Source of the DNA: a virus
DNA length: 64,000 nt
Virus record (IMG/VR): IMGVR_UViG_3300045988_075599
Coordinates: 6,354-70,353 of that record
Direction: 5' to 3' (one strand)
Shown piece after piece: positions 16,500-26,016 of the stretch. Numbering within the stretch: position 1 is the first letter of the stretch; every line of letters begins with the position of its first letter. The notes under the pieces were generated by a model that worked only from the letters and a program-made list of their open reading frames with translations, was not told the origin of the DNA and did not search any database. Position numbers and translations under genes: made by a program.

Positions 16500-16982
16500 A
16501 TGCAAATCAAAAAGGCAAATTACAGTATCAACGGTTATCCAAATAGCCACTTTTTTATTAGCGAAACTGGTCTCACTACGACCACTCTTACTCAGATGAG
16601 TAAATTCACACAGGGCGAAGTAATCGAAATCAATGCCCCTGTATGGCAGCTTTGCGATTCTCGTCATGAGAACCCCATTGCTAATATGGGGGGCATTTTC
16701 CCTAAATGCCTTGCTAATCCACTGGATATGCGAGGTATGAAATCGGACATTCTCGATAAAATCAGAGGGAAATATGGATTCGGTGACACGCTCTTTTGTG
16801 TAGTCACTGGTATGTCCTCAGCGTTGATTTCGTTAGTCAATGCTTGTTCAGCATTAGATGTAAGGCTGCGTCTATTGCACTATGATGTTGTCCATGATTG
16901 TTATAAGATGCAGCTCGTGGATAACTATTACCTCGAGGAGAAGATAACGCTCATTAAAAAAGTAATGAGCCGAAAGGTATAG
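16500..16982 (+). CDS. hypothetical protein
   Basis: ORF track. SD GAAAGGAGAAAATC. Confidence 0.55.
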   Translation: MQIKKANYSINGYPNSHFFISETGLTTTTLTQMSKFTQGEVIEINAPVWQLCDSRHENPIANMGGIFPKCLANPLDMRGMKSDILDKIRGKYGFGDTLFCVVTGMSSALISLVNACSALDVRLRLLHYDVVHDCYKMQLVDNYYLEEKITLIKKVMSRKV

Positions 16983-17086
16983 CAAAAAGGCTTCTAAAGG
17001 GTTGTGCCATAAACAGCCCTATTCCATGGGGAGCTTCCCCCAAAAAAAATATGTTTTGCCCATTGGGGCAGAAAGGAGCCATTATC

Positions 17087-17440
17087 ATGGCAAATGCAAA
17101 GATTGAAAAACGTGATGGAAAGTTGTTCCTCGTCGCAGAATTGACGAAAGAGACCAGACAGTACGCAAGAGACGGCAGAGGACACTCTGCTGGCGATACG
17201 TATGAAGCGTTCATCGCTCATACCAGCGGTCTTGAATATGAGGGAAAGGTCTACAGATTCGACCTCTCTATGCCGATGAAGGCATGGAAGTCCGCTGATG
17301 ATGCAGCTAAGAAAAAGCTCCTCGCTACGCTGAAAAAGCTCAGCGCAGATAAAGCGGCTGAAATGAAAGACGCTTCCGTTGAGGAAATCACAGAAGCCAT
17401 TAAAGAGCATGTGGTAAGCATGCTCGCTGGTATCCAGTAA
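17087..17440 (+). CDS. hypothetical Lys/Ala-rich protein
   Basis: ORF trimmed to the ATG after GAAAGGAGCC. Confidence 0.5.
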   Translation: MANAKIEKRDGKLFLVAELTKETRQYARDGRGHSAGDTYEAFIAHTSGLEYEGKVYRFDLSMPMKAWKSADDAAKKKLLATLKKLSADKAAEMKDASVEEITEAIKEHVVSMLAGIQ

Positions 17441-17456
17441 TAGAGGGGGTATTTCT

Positions 17457-17723
17457 ATGAAATACTCCAAAATGGCTTTCGTTAAGGCTATTCTGCACGG
17501 TTGTGCAGATAGCTACTTCATTGATAGCAAAGGTAAGGTTCGCACCAGAACCGCGACCGTTGCATACAACAGAGTAATTGTACGAGATGGCTTGTCTCGT
17601 ACAAAATACTCTATTCCTGGCTTCATGTACATGTTAGCTAGGACTATGGGCGTACCGCCCACTTATGATAGCGTAGTTCGTGGTCTTGGCACTTACGCTA
17701 ATGTTTTGGCAGAAGGGAGATAA
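17457..17723 (+). CDS. hypothetical protein
   Basis: ORF track. SD AGAGGGGG. Confidence 0.5.
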   Translation: MKYSKMAFVKAILHGCADSYFIDSKGKVRTRTATVAYNRVIVRDGLSRTKYSIPGFMYMLARTMGVPPTYDSVVRGLGTYANVLAEGR

Positions 17724-17727
17724 AACC

Positions 17728-18657
17728 ATGCCAGCAACAACTGACCTTTTATTCGCTAATTTCTCCAATAAACTTGGGAGAATTATTACAGGGAGAAACT
17801 GCTCCCTTTTGGATGATGGTCGTCAGAGACGCCATTTCGGTGTCGAAATTGAGGCGTGCGATTACGCCCGTGACTCCTACGTGGATGACGAGACTGCGAG
17901 CGATGCTACCTATGAGCTTTTCTCGCCATTTCCTGGTTGCGAAGAGTTGTCTGAAATCAAAGACGATTGTTCTTTGGTTGGAAATCATTTCGAGATGGTA
18001 ACATCTCCAATGACAATTACCCTGCTTAGAAGCCTTAATTGGGAAGACTTTTTCAGGGTACTTCGGAATGCCGATTATAAGCAGACTGACTTCAATGAGT
18101 ACGATAAGGCTGGCATTCACGTACATGTGAATCGCAGGTCACTTCATCATCCATTTGAGGCGGCTGTAAACGCACTGGCGTTTATCACAGAGAACGATGA
18201 CACTATTCGTCGATTTGCACGTCGTTCTCAGAGCCAGTGGAATGATTGGTGTGGAACTCCATATCGGTTGTACAATGACATCGACGAATACCTTGACGAG
18301 ATTAAAAACGGCGACTATGACGCCTTTGGATGGGAATATACATCCAATATTCGGGTTGATGATACTAGATACCAGGCTGTCAATTTCTGCTCTTCAAGAA
18401 CATGGGAATTGAGAATTTTCAATTCTACGCTGGAAGCTGAGGATATGCGTAATATTCTGGATTTTGCCGACGCCTTATGGACATTGGCTGATACAGACCA
18501 TTACGATATGAGCCTCGAGTCTATGCATAATAAGCTGCTGGAGCTTGGTAATCCAATCGCAGCCAACCAGATGTATGAGCCGCCGAAAGATACTCATGCA
18601 TCCGATAACTACGATTATCGCGATGACGATGAATATGATGAAGATGGCGATTGGTAA
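17728..18657 (+). CDS. amidoligase (carboxylate-amine ligase, GS/GCS2-like, Amidoligase_2-type)
   Basis: HFGVEIEACD, DDCSLVGNHFEMVTSP, AGIHVHVN and WELRIFNST occur in the order typical of the family. ATG after AGAAGGGAGATAAAACC. Confidence 0.65.
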   Translation: MPATTDLLFANFSNKLGRIITGRNCSLLDDGRQRRHFGVEIEACDYARDSYVDDETASDATYELFSPFPGCEELSEIKDDCSLVGNHFEMVTSPMTITLLRSLNWEDFFRVLRNADYKQTDFNEYDKAGIHVHVNRRSLHHPFEAAVNALAFITENDDTIRRFARRSQSQWNDWCGTPYRLYNDIDEYLDEIKNGDYDAFGWEYTSNIRVDDTRYQAVNFCSSRTWELRIFNSTLEAEDMRNILDFADALWTLADTDHYDMSLESMHNKLLELGNPIAANQMYEPPKDTHASDNYDYRDDDEYDEDGDW

Positions 18658-18775
18658 ATGATATACGCTAGGGATTTCCCTAGCAATCGAAACAAGGGGG
18701 TTATCCCCTTGTCTAGTGGAACCAGCCCACCACTACTGATGAGATAGGCTGTTGTTATGAAAGTAGGTGATTGGC

Positions 18776-19363
18776 ATGGAACAAATTAATAACCTCAGCG
18801 TAGGTGATTTGGTATACGTTCCAGAATATGGTATGGGTATTGTATGGCGACATCATGACCATTTGGAAGACATTTTCGACGTAGCCTTTAGTGGCGAATC
18901 AATCATGTACACCAAAACAGGCGACGAAGCAACATTCGACAAGGTGTCGCAAACATATACCTCAACATATGACGAGGAGTTATCTGTTAAGCGATTTGCT
19001 CCGATTGTAGGACGCAGATTGACTAAAGGGATGCAAGTTTATAATGTGGTCTATGGTATTGGTATTGTGATTATTGCGTCTCCCCCAGATGACGAACGGC
19101 TATACGGTAGAGCGGTCTCGTATTTCGCCAGCGGTGACATAAACAAAGAAACATGCTATAATGGGCAATTTTTGCATGATTACGGTGTCAATTTGTCTAA
19201 TGACGTATTTCCTATGTATAACTTTAGACCGTTTGCTCACTCTAAGCAAGATATAGAACGAGCTGTATGTGAAGCGTCATTAAAAGATTTGTCAGAACGA
19301 TATGTTGAACTCCTTGAACGCTATAAAAAACTTGGTGGAGACGATAGTGATTATAGGATATAG
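18776..19363 (+). CDS. hypothetical protein with two SH3/Tudor-like GDxV...GxGxV repeats
   Basis: VGDLVYVPEYGMGIVW and KGMQVYNVVYGIGIVI. The same repeat type occurs in 41037..41672. Confidence 0.4.
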   Translation: MEQINNLSVGDLVYVPEYGMGIVWRHHDHLEDIFDVAFSGESIMYTKTGDEATFDKVSQTYTSTYDEELSVKRFAPIVGRRLTKGMQVYNVVYGIGIVIIASPPDDERLYGRAVSYFASGDINKETCYNGQFLHDYGVNLSNDVFPMYNFRPFAHSKQDIERAVCEASLKDLSERYVELLERYKKLGGDDSDYRI

Positions 19364-19471
19364 TTAATGAGCCTATTGAGTGTGGATAAAGCAATTTATC
19401 CATACTAATAGCCCCATTAACTTAGTAGGGGTAGTATTTAGTGGCTACAGAAGTAGCAGAAAGAGGTGCTT

Positions 19472-20548
19472 ATGTGCGTTATCGCTTTTTATCCGAAGGG
19501 CTTGCCGTTTAACAATGGCGAATTGAAAAACTGCTTCAAGAATAATCCCGATGGAGCAGGTGTAATGTGGCAGGATGGTGGTAAAGTCCATATCAAGAAG
19601 GGTTTCATGAAGCAGAAAGCCTTTTTTAAGTTCCTGAAAACTCTTCCTACAGACGTTGATAGAGTGCTTCATTTCAGAATCGCTACGTCTGGCAAGGTAA
19701 GCGGTGCATGCTGCCATCCATTCCCAGTCGCAAACGATTTCAAGACAATGATGCAGACTGAGATTGAAGTTCCAGTCGCTTACGCCCATAACGGTGTGCT
19801 GACTGATTACACACCTAAAGAAGGGATGAAATCTCCGTTCTCTGATACGATGGTCTTTGGTAAAGAAGTTCTCGACCATTTGGTTCGGAAACATGTTGAC
19901 CTTTTCGACCCAGTTATCGACGTGATGATTGAATCGACTATTGATGGCGACAGAATGGCTATCATGAATGGCCATGAGGTCGTTACAATGGGGAAATTCA
20001 TCACGAGTACAGTCAGTGGCGCTCAGTATTCTAACGGCTCTTACTCTTACGATAGAAGTCTGTGGAAATCGTATACCTACGGTGGTGGGTATTACGATAC
20101 TTGCGGATACTATCACGTCTGCTCTAACGCGAATACAACCGCACCCAAGAGAGAATCGAGAAGGAAAGACACAAAAGATTCCAAAAGCACCACTATTGTG
20201 AAGGAAGCTGACTACGGATTCTCTTGTGTCAGTTTCATGGCAAAGATTACGTTTAATCCATCAGACCATGGACTTGCTGGTTACACCCGTAACGACTATG
20301 AACAGTTTGTTTTGGACAATCTGGAAGCGTATAACGTCTATGGTCTCGACCTCAATATCTCGGCTATAGGAGAACACTCTATGACATTCACAGTCGAATG
20401 TATGATGTATGCAGATGACGCTCTCGCACAGTTCTACAATGTCTACGAAGGGAAAACCTTCAGTGACGTATGGGAAAGCAACGATTCGTTACATAGTGTC
20501 AGTGTAGACATCGCAATATCGGATGTTAATTTTGACACCATTGCGTAA
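19472..20548 (+). CDS. class II (Ntn) glutamine amidotransferase with an unknown ~170-aa C-terminal extension
   Basis: Starts Met-Cys (MCVIAFYPKG), then NPDGAGVMW, HFRIATSG, HPFPV and AHNGVL. SD AAGAGGTG. Confidence 0.7.
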   Translation: MCVIAFYPKGLPFNNGELKNCFKNNPDGAGVMWQDGGKVHIKKGFMKQKAFFKFLKTLPTDVDRVLHFRIATSGKVSGACCHPFPVANDFKTMMQTEIEVPVAYAHNGVLTDYTPKEGMKSPFSDTMVFGKEVLDHLVRKHVDLFDPVIDVMIESTIDGDRMAIMNGHEVVTMGKFITSTVSGAQYSNGSYSYDRSLWKSYTYGGGYYDTCGYYHVCSNANTTAPKRESRRKDTKDSKSTTIVKEADYGFSCVSFMAKITFNPSDHGLAGYTRNDYEQFVLDNLEAYNVYGLDLNISAIGEHSMTFTVECMMYADDALAQFYNVYEGKTFSDVWESNDSLHSVSVDIAISDVNFDTIA

Positions 20549-20567
20549 TTAGAAAGGAGACTAATAC

Positions 20568-23057
20568 ATGCCTAGATATTGTCAATTCACAGAGAATGTC
20601 CGATTCCATCGCTCCTTGGCTAGTATGCCACACGAACATGGGATTGTAGGAGTCGGACTTGTTAGTTCTCGTAGTCGTTCATTGAGCCATAACGTCAGAA
20701 CTGTTTTGCGTGATGTACAGGATTGTGTTGACCAGCACCAGTTCCTGCCAGATAACTTTATTTGGTGTACTCACGAAGAATATGAACATAACTGGCCGTA
20801 TTTGGCGAACGAGTTACTGAGAACACGCCCGACTACGACGGATACTAGCCCGATTGTCCCTGCATTAGATATGCCAAAGTTTTCGATAGGTATTACGAAG
20901 AATTTGGATATTATTACAAGAGACTCGAATGGTCGTTGGATTTATCTTGAGAAAACTGGTAACACTGTTGAGGTAGTTCTCTCTGATGTTGCACCTGATT
21001 GTCTCGTTGTTTATCGCACTGGGAATAGCGATGCATCAAGACACCTCTCGGAGAACAGGTATTGGGTAACTGTTCGTGGCGGTAATTATGTAATCGTAAG
21101 ACCGCCAATTAACTGTCCAAATGATATCCATGTCCCATACGGTTCATTTTTGAACTCGCGATTCGTATTCCATGGTGACAATAGCTACGTCATGGAGTCG
21201 GTGCTTTCAATCCACGTGTTCCTTGTTGGAAACGAAGAAATCACGACGTTTTCGTATCCACGGAGCGGGGTGTACGGACAGCTTGTCCTTCATGAGAATG
21301 GCACCAAAGTATACATGACACTTACGCCAGTTTACCCAGATATTTTCGGTTGCAAACTTACACGTAAGTACAAAGTCCCTATTATGTCTGCCTTTGATGT
21401 GTCACCCTCTGCGCTTTGTGGCAGATTGTCTGATACATACAACATCAATACGGTTGATGATGAGTACGTAGACTGCTTGAACGGTGACACTCTCACGTAT
21501 GGCTCGCACCCTACACTGTGCCACGGAATACCGACAAGAGAGGCAGCATTCAGAAACAATTTTGTGACTGAAGATGGCGTTCATCGTTCTGTGTGGCTTC
21601 GTTCAATGTCTGTTGACGAAGATGGCAATAAGGTGTACAGGAACTTCGATGACGGATTCATGATGAACATGCTGAGAAACGTTCCGTTTAACGCAATACG
21701 AAATTGTCTTATGGAGTACGAAGGGGAAAGCTATCGGTGGGACGGCAGAAACTCCGCGTGGATTCGTGCGGATGATGCCGTATATATTCCACCAAGAGCT
21801 TCACGAAGCGCACTCGATATCTTTACACATAGTCGGTTCGTCCGGTGCGTAGAATGCCCGTTGTGTCATTCAAAGACTATGGTAGGCGGTAGGTATACGT
21901 TCTCCTATTTCATTGATGGGAAGAAGTATTCTAAACCGATGTGCGACCGCTGCGTTTCTATCCTTTTCGATGGTAATCCGCTGGATATTCCGATTGAAGA
22001 TGGCAGTGTATTGCACGTAAATAGCTGTGACGTATGCGGCTACAATGGAGAATATACGTTGTCAAAGTGGTGGGTACGTGTATCTGGTGAAGAAGAAGGT
22101 TTCATCGACGAGTATGCAGTATGGAATCACGATACACAGCAGTGGAAACTGGTAGATGATGAAGATGGTACGCTGTATCTTGCTTTCACATCCAGAGGAT
22201 ATATTCTCACCGAAAGATACTGCACTCACATCAACGGGTATTTCTACAAGCCAGAACCTATATTCTTCAAGGGTAATAACGAGAACACGCACAAGTTCTT
22301 CGGTATTGAACTTGAAGTTATGGATGGCGGTGAAAGTTCTGACAATGCAAAAGAAGTATGCAGTAACCATGAGGAACTGTATGCAAAACATGATGGTTCG
22401 TTGACGAACGGTATGGAATTGGTATCACATCCATGTACTGTTAGTTGGCACTTAACTCACCTGTGGACTGATGTTTTAACAAGGCTCCGCACGTTGCGTT
22501 ATCATGCTCGTAACGGCAGTGGTATTCATGTACATGTATCGAGAAAGTATTGGGAAAACAATGGTGGAGCTTGTCACATTGCAAACTTGATTACGTTTTG
22601 CGATACGAACAGGGAAGCACTGAGGCTTTATGCGAATAGAGAGAAAGAAACGTTCGACCACTGGACACATAGCTACATGTCTCCATCTGCTACAAAGAAA
22701 ACCGTCTCTACAACGTTAGGAACGTTAGGTGATACCGAAGAAGCAATGCAGGATATGTACGAAAGATACAGTGGAACTACAGACCATTATTCTGTAGTCA
22801 ATCTGAGCAATGCTTCAACGGTAGAGATTCGAGCATTTGCAAGTACGCTGAGTATAACTCGTATGCATAGTATCATCCAGTTCGTTGACGTATTGACGGA
22901 GCTGTCTACCGAAGCAACGTTAGGCAATCCGATTACGTTCGGACTTATCCAGACAAGAGCACAGGATAAAGGATATACCGCCCTGTTACAAGACCCGAAG
23001 TTCGCCGAAGCTATCGAGGAAACTAACCGTCATGTAGATACTCGTATTTGCTCCTAG
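20568..23057 (+). CDS. 829-aa protein: unknown N-terminal region with Zn-ribbon-like Cys pairs, plus a C-terminal amidoligase domain
   Basis: FFGIELEVMDGG, HDGSLTNGMELVSHP, SGIHVHVS and STVEIRAFAST in the C-terminal ~260 aa. CVECPLC..CDRC..CDVC upstream. Confidence 0.65.
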   Translation: MPRYCQFTENVRFHRSLASMPHEHGIVGVGLVSSRSRSLSHNVRTVLRDVQDCVDQHQFLPDNFIWCTHEEYEHNWPYLANELLRTRPTTTDTSPIVPALDMPKFSIGITKNLDIITRDSNGRWIYLEKTGNTVEVVLSDVAPDCLVVYRTGNSDASRHLSENRYWVTVRGGNYVIVRPPINCPNDIHVPYGSFLNSRFVFHGDNSYVMESVLSIHVFLVGNEEITTFSYPRSGVYGQLVLHENGTKVYMTLTPVYPDIFGCKLTRKYKVPIMSAFDVSPSALCGRLSDTYNINTVDDEYVDCLNGDTLTYGSHPTLCHGIPTREAAFRNNFVTEDGVHRSVWLRSMSVDEDGNKVYRNFDDGFMMNMLRNVPFNAIRNCLMEYEGESYRWDGRNSAWIRADDAVYIPPRASRSALDIFTHSRFVRCVECPLCHSKTMVGGRYTFSYFIDGKKYSKPMCDRCVSILFDGNPLDIPIEDGSVLHVNSCDVCGYNGEYTLSKWWVRVSGEEEGFIDEYAVWNHDTQQWKLVDDEDGTLYLAFTSRGYILTERYCTHINGYFYKPEPIFFKGNNENTHKFFGIELEVMDGGESSDNAKEVCSNHEELYAKHDGSLTNGMELVSHPCTVSWHLTHLWTDVLTRLRTLRYHARNGSGIHVHVSRKYWENNGGACHIANLITFCDTNREALRLYANREKETFDHWTHSYMSPSATKKTVSTTLGTLGDTEEAMQDMYERYSGTTDHYSVVNLSNASTVEIRAFASTLSITRMHSIIQFVDVLTELSTEATLGNPITFGLIQTRAQDKGYTALLQDPKFAEAIEETNRHVDTRICS

Positions 23058-24658
23058 AGAAATACCAATTAGATGGCGTTAGTCTTATGAAAAGAAAGGA
23101 CACATTCATACAAGCTGACAGTATGGGTATGGGAAAGACTGCACAAGCAATCGAGTACATGAAACAAACTACCGACTGTCACTTTATTGTAGTGTGTCCT
23201 TCTTCTCTTAAATCTAACTGGTGTCGCGAACTCAATGACTGGTTAGGCATAACAGTTAAACCCGACATCTACACGGGGGATATTATTGTGACTAACTACG
23301 AGAAAGTAGGACGCATGATAGATATGATTGGTGATTATGTGTATAATTTTAAGGGGGTAATATTTGACGAAGCACACATGATTAAAAATGTATACGCTGG
23401 TAGAACGTATGAAGCCAAACGCCTTGTCGATAAGGTTGGTAATCCAATGATGTTGACAGGCACACCAATACTGAATAGGCCTAACGATTTGTTAGGCCTA
23501 TTGTACGTTGGTGGCAAGCTATCAGAGTTCGGTGGCATTGATGCATACACACGGCGATACATCCCCAATGTAGAAAAAGATAATGCCATTTTCTATTGTA
23601 ACTTTGCACATCTCGATGAGCTACACGAAAAGATAGAACCTTTTGTTTGTCGCCGTCGATGGTGTGATATTCGCCGCCCAACCTTCCCGATTAAGAAAAC
23701 GGAAGTGACGCTAGGTAACTTTGCTAACGCTCCATTGTCATCAGTCAACATCACTAACATACAGAAGGTAGAGACTGAGGTAATGAAACGTAAGCTACCT
23801 CTAGTTGTACGCTGGATTCAAAGGGATTACGATACGCATCATGAGCCGTTGGTTGTGTTTGCTAATCATCGGCAAATGATAGACGTATTAAGTGCGGTGT
23901 TTCCTAATAGCACTGTAGTGTATGGTGGTATGACGTACAAAGAAAAGGAACAGAATGTACAGAAGTTCCTGAATGGTGACGCCGATATTATTCTATGCTC
24001 GTTAGCTTGTGCTGCTTGCGGACTTAATTTAGTTCGCTCTCATAGAGTTGTGTTCGCAGAGTTCCCTTGGACTAAAGGGATATACGAACAGGCTATTGCT
24101 AGGTGTGCAAGACGAGGGCAAACTAAGACTACAGAAGTGTTCGCATTGATTATGGAGAACAGTTACGATAGGTATCGACTAGAACAAATGAGATGGAAGT
24201 CTGCAATAGCCGATGATATTATTGACGGAAAGGATAAGAAAGATGGAAGATATTATCTTGGTAATTTACCTCATAGTGTCCTTGCTTGTCTTGAAGATGG
24301 TAGTATAGATACATCACCATACTTCGGCATGGATATTTACTCCGATGAATTTACCATAGCTATCGGAGAGATGTCACGCGATTGGTTGCTTGCCAATACG
24401 CAAGTGAAAGGTGATGAGGATATATACTGGGAGTGTGTGTTCTGCTGTTTCACGCAATATGTATTCGGCATGGCTATTAGTATGTTGTCGCAAGGTTTGT
24501 CATATGATACGTCTAACCTAAGCAACATGAATTTACTAGCGGACATGTCTGGCTATGGTTTGAAAACATTGCAAGCTAGATACACATGGTTCCTTAATCG
24601 GTGTAAGCAGTTAGGATTTGACCAGTCGTGGATATTCCTAGTTCGATTCAATTCGTAA
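23048..24658 (+). CDS. SNF2-family helicase/ATPase
   Basis: YQLDGV...ADSMGMGKT (motif I), FDEAHMIKN (motif II), LTGTP, and a helicase-C region (GGMTYKEKEQNVQKF...GLNL...QAIARCARRGQ). The TTG start overlaps the upstream stop. Confidence 0.8.
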   Translation: MLLEKYQLDGVSLMKRKDTFIQADSMGMGKTAQAIEYMKQTTDCHFIVVCPSSLKSNWCRELNDWLGITVKPDIYTGDIIVTNYEKVGRMIDMIGDYVYNFKGVIFDEAHMIKNVYAGRTYEAKRLVDKVGNPMMLTGTPILNRPNDLLGLLYVGGKLSEFGGIDAYTRRYIPNVEKDNAIFYCNFAHLDELHEKIEPFVCRRRWCDIRRPTFPIKKTEVTLGNFANAPLSSVNITNIQKVETEVMKRKLPLVVRWIQRDYDTHHEPLVVFANHRQMIDVLSAVFPNSTVVYGGMTYKEKEQNVQKFLNGDADIILCSLACAACGLNLVRSHRVVFAEFPWTKGIYEQAIARCARRGQTKTTEVFALIMENSYDRYRLEQMRWKSAIADDIIDGKDKKDGRYYLGNLPHSVLACLEDGSIDTSPYFGMDIYSDEFTIAIGEMSRDWLLANTQVKGDEDIYWECVFCCFTQYVFGMAISMLSQGLSYDTSNLSNMNLLADMSGYGLKTLQARYTWFLNRCKQLGFDQSWIFLVRFNS

Positions 24659-24674
24659 ACACGACATACTAAAA

Positions 24675-24707
24675 GGGCGTAACTCGTATGGGTTACGCCC
24701 TTTTTTT
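24675..24707. terminator. bidirectional terminator between convergent blocks
   Basis: AAAA-GGGCGTAAC-loop-GTTACGCCC-TTTTTTT. Confidence 0.8.
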
Positions 24708-25200
24708 ATTTGTTTTCTATCGTCGTGATACTAGGGTTGTTGCTATCGCCCTCAAGTTCCAGCGTCTTAAAGCGTTGTAACAAGTCGTAAGTAATCTTAC
24801 TATCGGTGGAAATAAATTTATTCTCCGTAACTTCTCTCTTATCAGGTGCTGCAAGTCCAGCTCTATCTAAGATGTCTTTGCTTGCGTTAAACCTAACAAG
24901 TTCAGAACGTGCGTTAAAGGCTAGGTCTTTTAAGTTCTCATAAATCAATGCGCTATCATCAAGGAACTGTTGTCGCATTGCCTCTTGCTTATCCGCGATA
25001 AGTTCTTTCTGTACTTGAGTTAAGCCGCCTGTCTTTCCTATCGAACCTCTTGCCGTCTTAATTGGTACGCCAGCCGATACCTGTTCGACTACCTGAATGT
25101 CATCGTCAGTGACGTAGCGTTGATAGCTTCGTCCTTTTCTACCAGCTTTCCCATCCTTACGATTGAAATGTTTATCTCCGTACTCTTTTAGTGCCGACAA
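24706..25200 (-). CDS. hypothetical protein (last gene of the minus block)
   Basis: ORF track. TTG start after GGGAGGTGA. Confidence 0.45.
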   Translation of the reverse strand: MSALKEYGDKHFNRKDGKAGRKGRSYQRYVTDDDIQVVEQVSAGVPIKTARGSIGKTGGLTQVQKELIADKQEAMRQQFLDDSALIYENLKDLAFNARSELVRFNASKDILDRAGLAAPDKREVTENKFISTDSKITYDLLQRFKTLELEGDSNNPSITTIENK

Positions 25201-25212
25201 TAAATCACCTCC

Positions 25213-26016
25213 CTATATAGTCATGCCAGCATCCATCGCTAACTTTAACTGTTCATTCCACATAGGATTTAAGAATCTATTCTTAGTGTCACCACTCATC
25301 TGACAGATAAAATATCCCATAGGTAACGGGCGACCGCCGCCCTTCTTAATGTAGTCTGGGTACGCCTGAAAGGATGGTTGCTTAATCTCCCATACTGTTC
25401 TAGCTACTGGGCATTTAGCAAATACATTATGCTGAATACTAATCTTTGGTGTAGCTGATGGTGCATGCCTATGTTCTTTCCATACACAATCAGCATTGAA
25501 GTAATCATATGCATCCTGTCTTACTACATGCTTATGAATAATGTAATGCACGTAGCAATTCTTGTTGACATTAAAGTACACAATACCCTGACTACCCTTG
25601 TACAGATTCCTATCACCTAAGAGCGAGGCTACTACACCTTCAACGCTGATATAGGTGTCGCTGTATACTCTGTCTGGATGGTTGCCAGATATAATGCCTA
25701 AGAGTTTGCCACTATCATACAAAGGTTTGATGTCATCAACGAGTGCATAGATTTGTTTATCCCCACTCAGAGTTTCCTCAATGATACTACCCTTGCTGGT
25801 TCTTGTCACCGTGTTAGTTGCATCACCGCCGATTACAACCTTCACGTTATCGGGCAAGCTATTCAAGAACTCAATCTCATTCTTGAAATAGTCTCTATCA
25901 TTTAACCCCTCGTGAATGTCAGATAACACAGCGAGATAACCGAAGTCACCTTCAACTCTGCACTGCATTACGTGTTGCTTTAATGTTTCTTGGATAACTT
26001 TTTCTTGTGTAGCCAT
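25213..26016 (-). CDS. calcineurin-like metallophosphoesterase
   Basis: VLSDIHEG, IGGDATN and SGNHPDR motifs. Confidence 0.7.
   Translation of the reverse strand: MATQEKVIQETLKQHVMQCRVEGDFGYLAVLSDIHEGLNDRDYFKNEIEFLNSLPDNVKVVIGGDATNTVTRTSKGSIIEETLSGDKQIYALVDDIKPLYDSGKLLGIISGNHPDRVYSDTYISVEGVVASLLGDRNLYKGSQGIVYFNVNKNCYVHYIIHKHVVRQDAYDYFNADCVWKEHRHAPSATPKISIQHNVFAKCPVARTVWEIKQPSFQAYPDYIKKGGGRPLPMGYFICQMSGDTKNRFLNPMWNEQLKLAMDAGMTI

Noticed and set aside
23040-23060. Programmed frameshift fusing the 829-aa amidoligase protein to the SNF2 ATPase
   Set aside because: There is no slippery heptamer or homopolymer at the 10-nt overlap. A TTG start with translational coupling is the simpler explanation. 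It is mentioned only as context in the cassette finding.
24706-25200. Small terminase subunit
   Set aside because: The only argument is its size and charged N-terminus. It lies in the replication-block orientation, 11 kb from terL, and has no motif I can recognise, so the call is not supportable.
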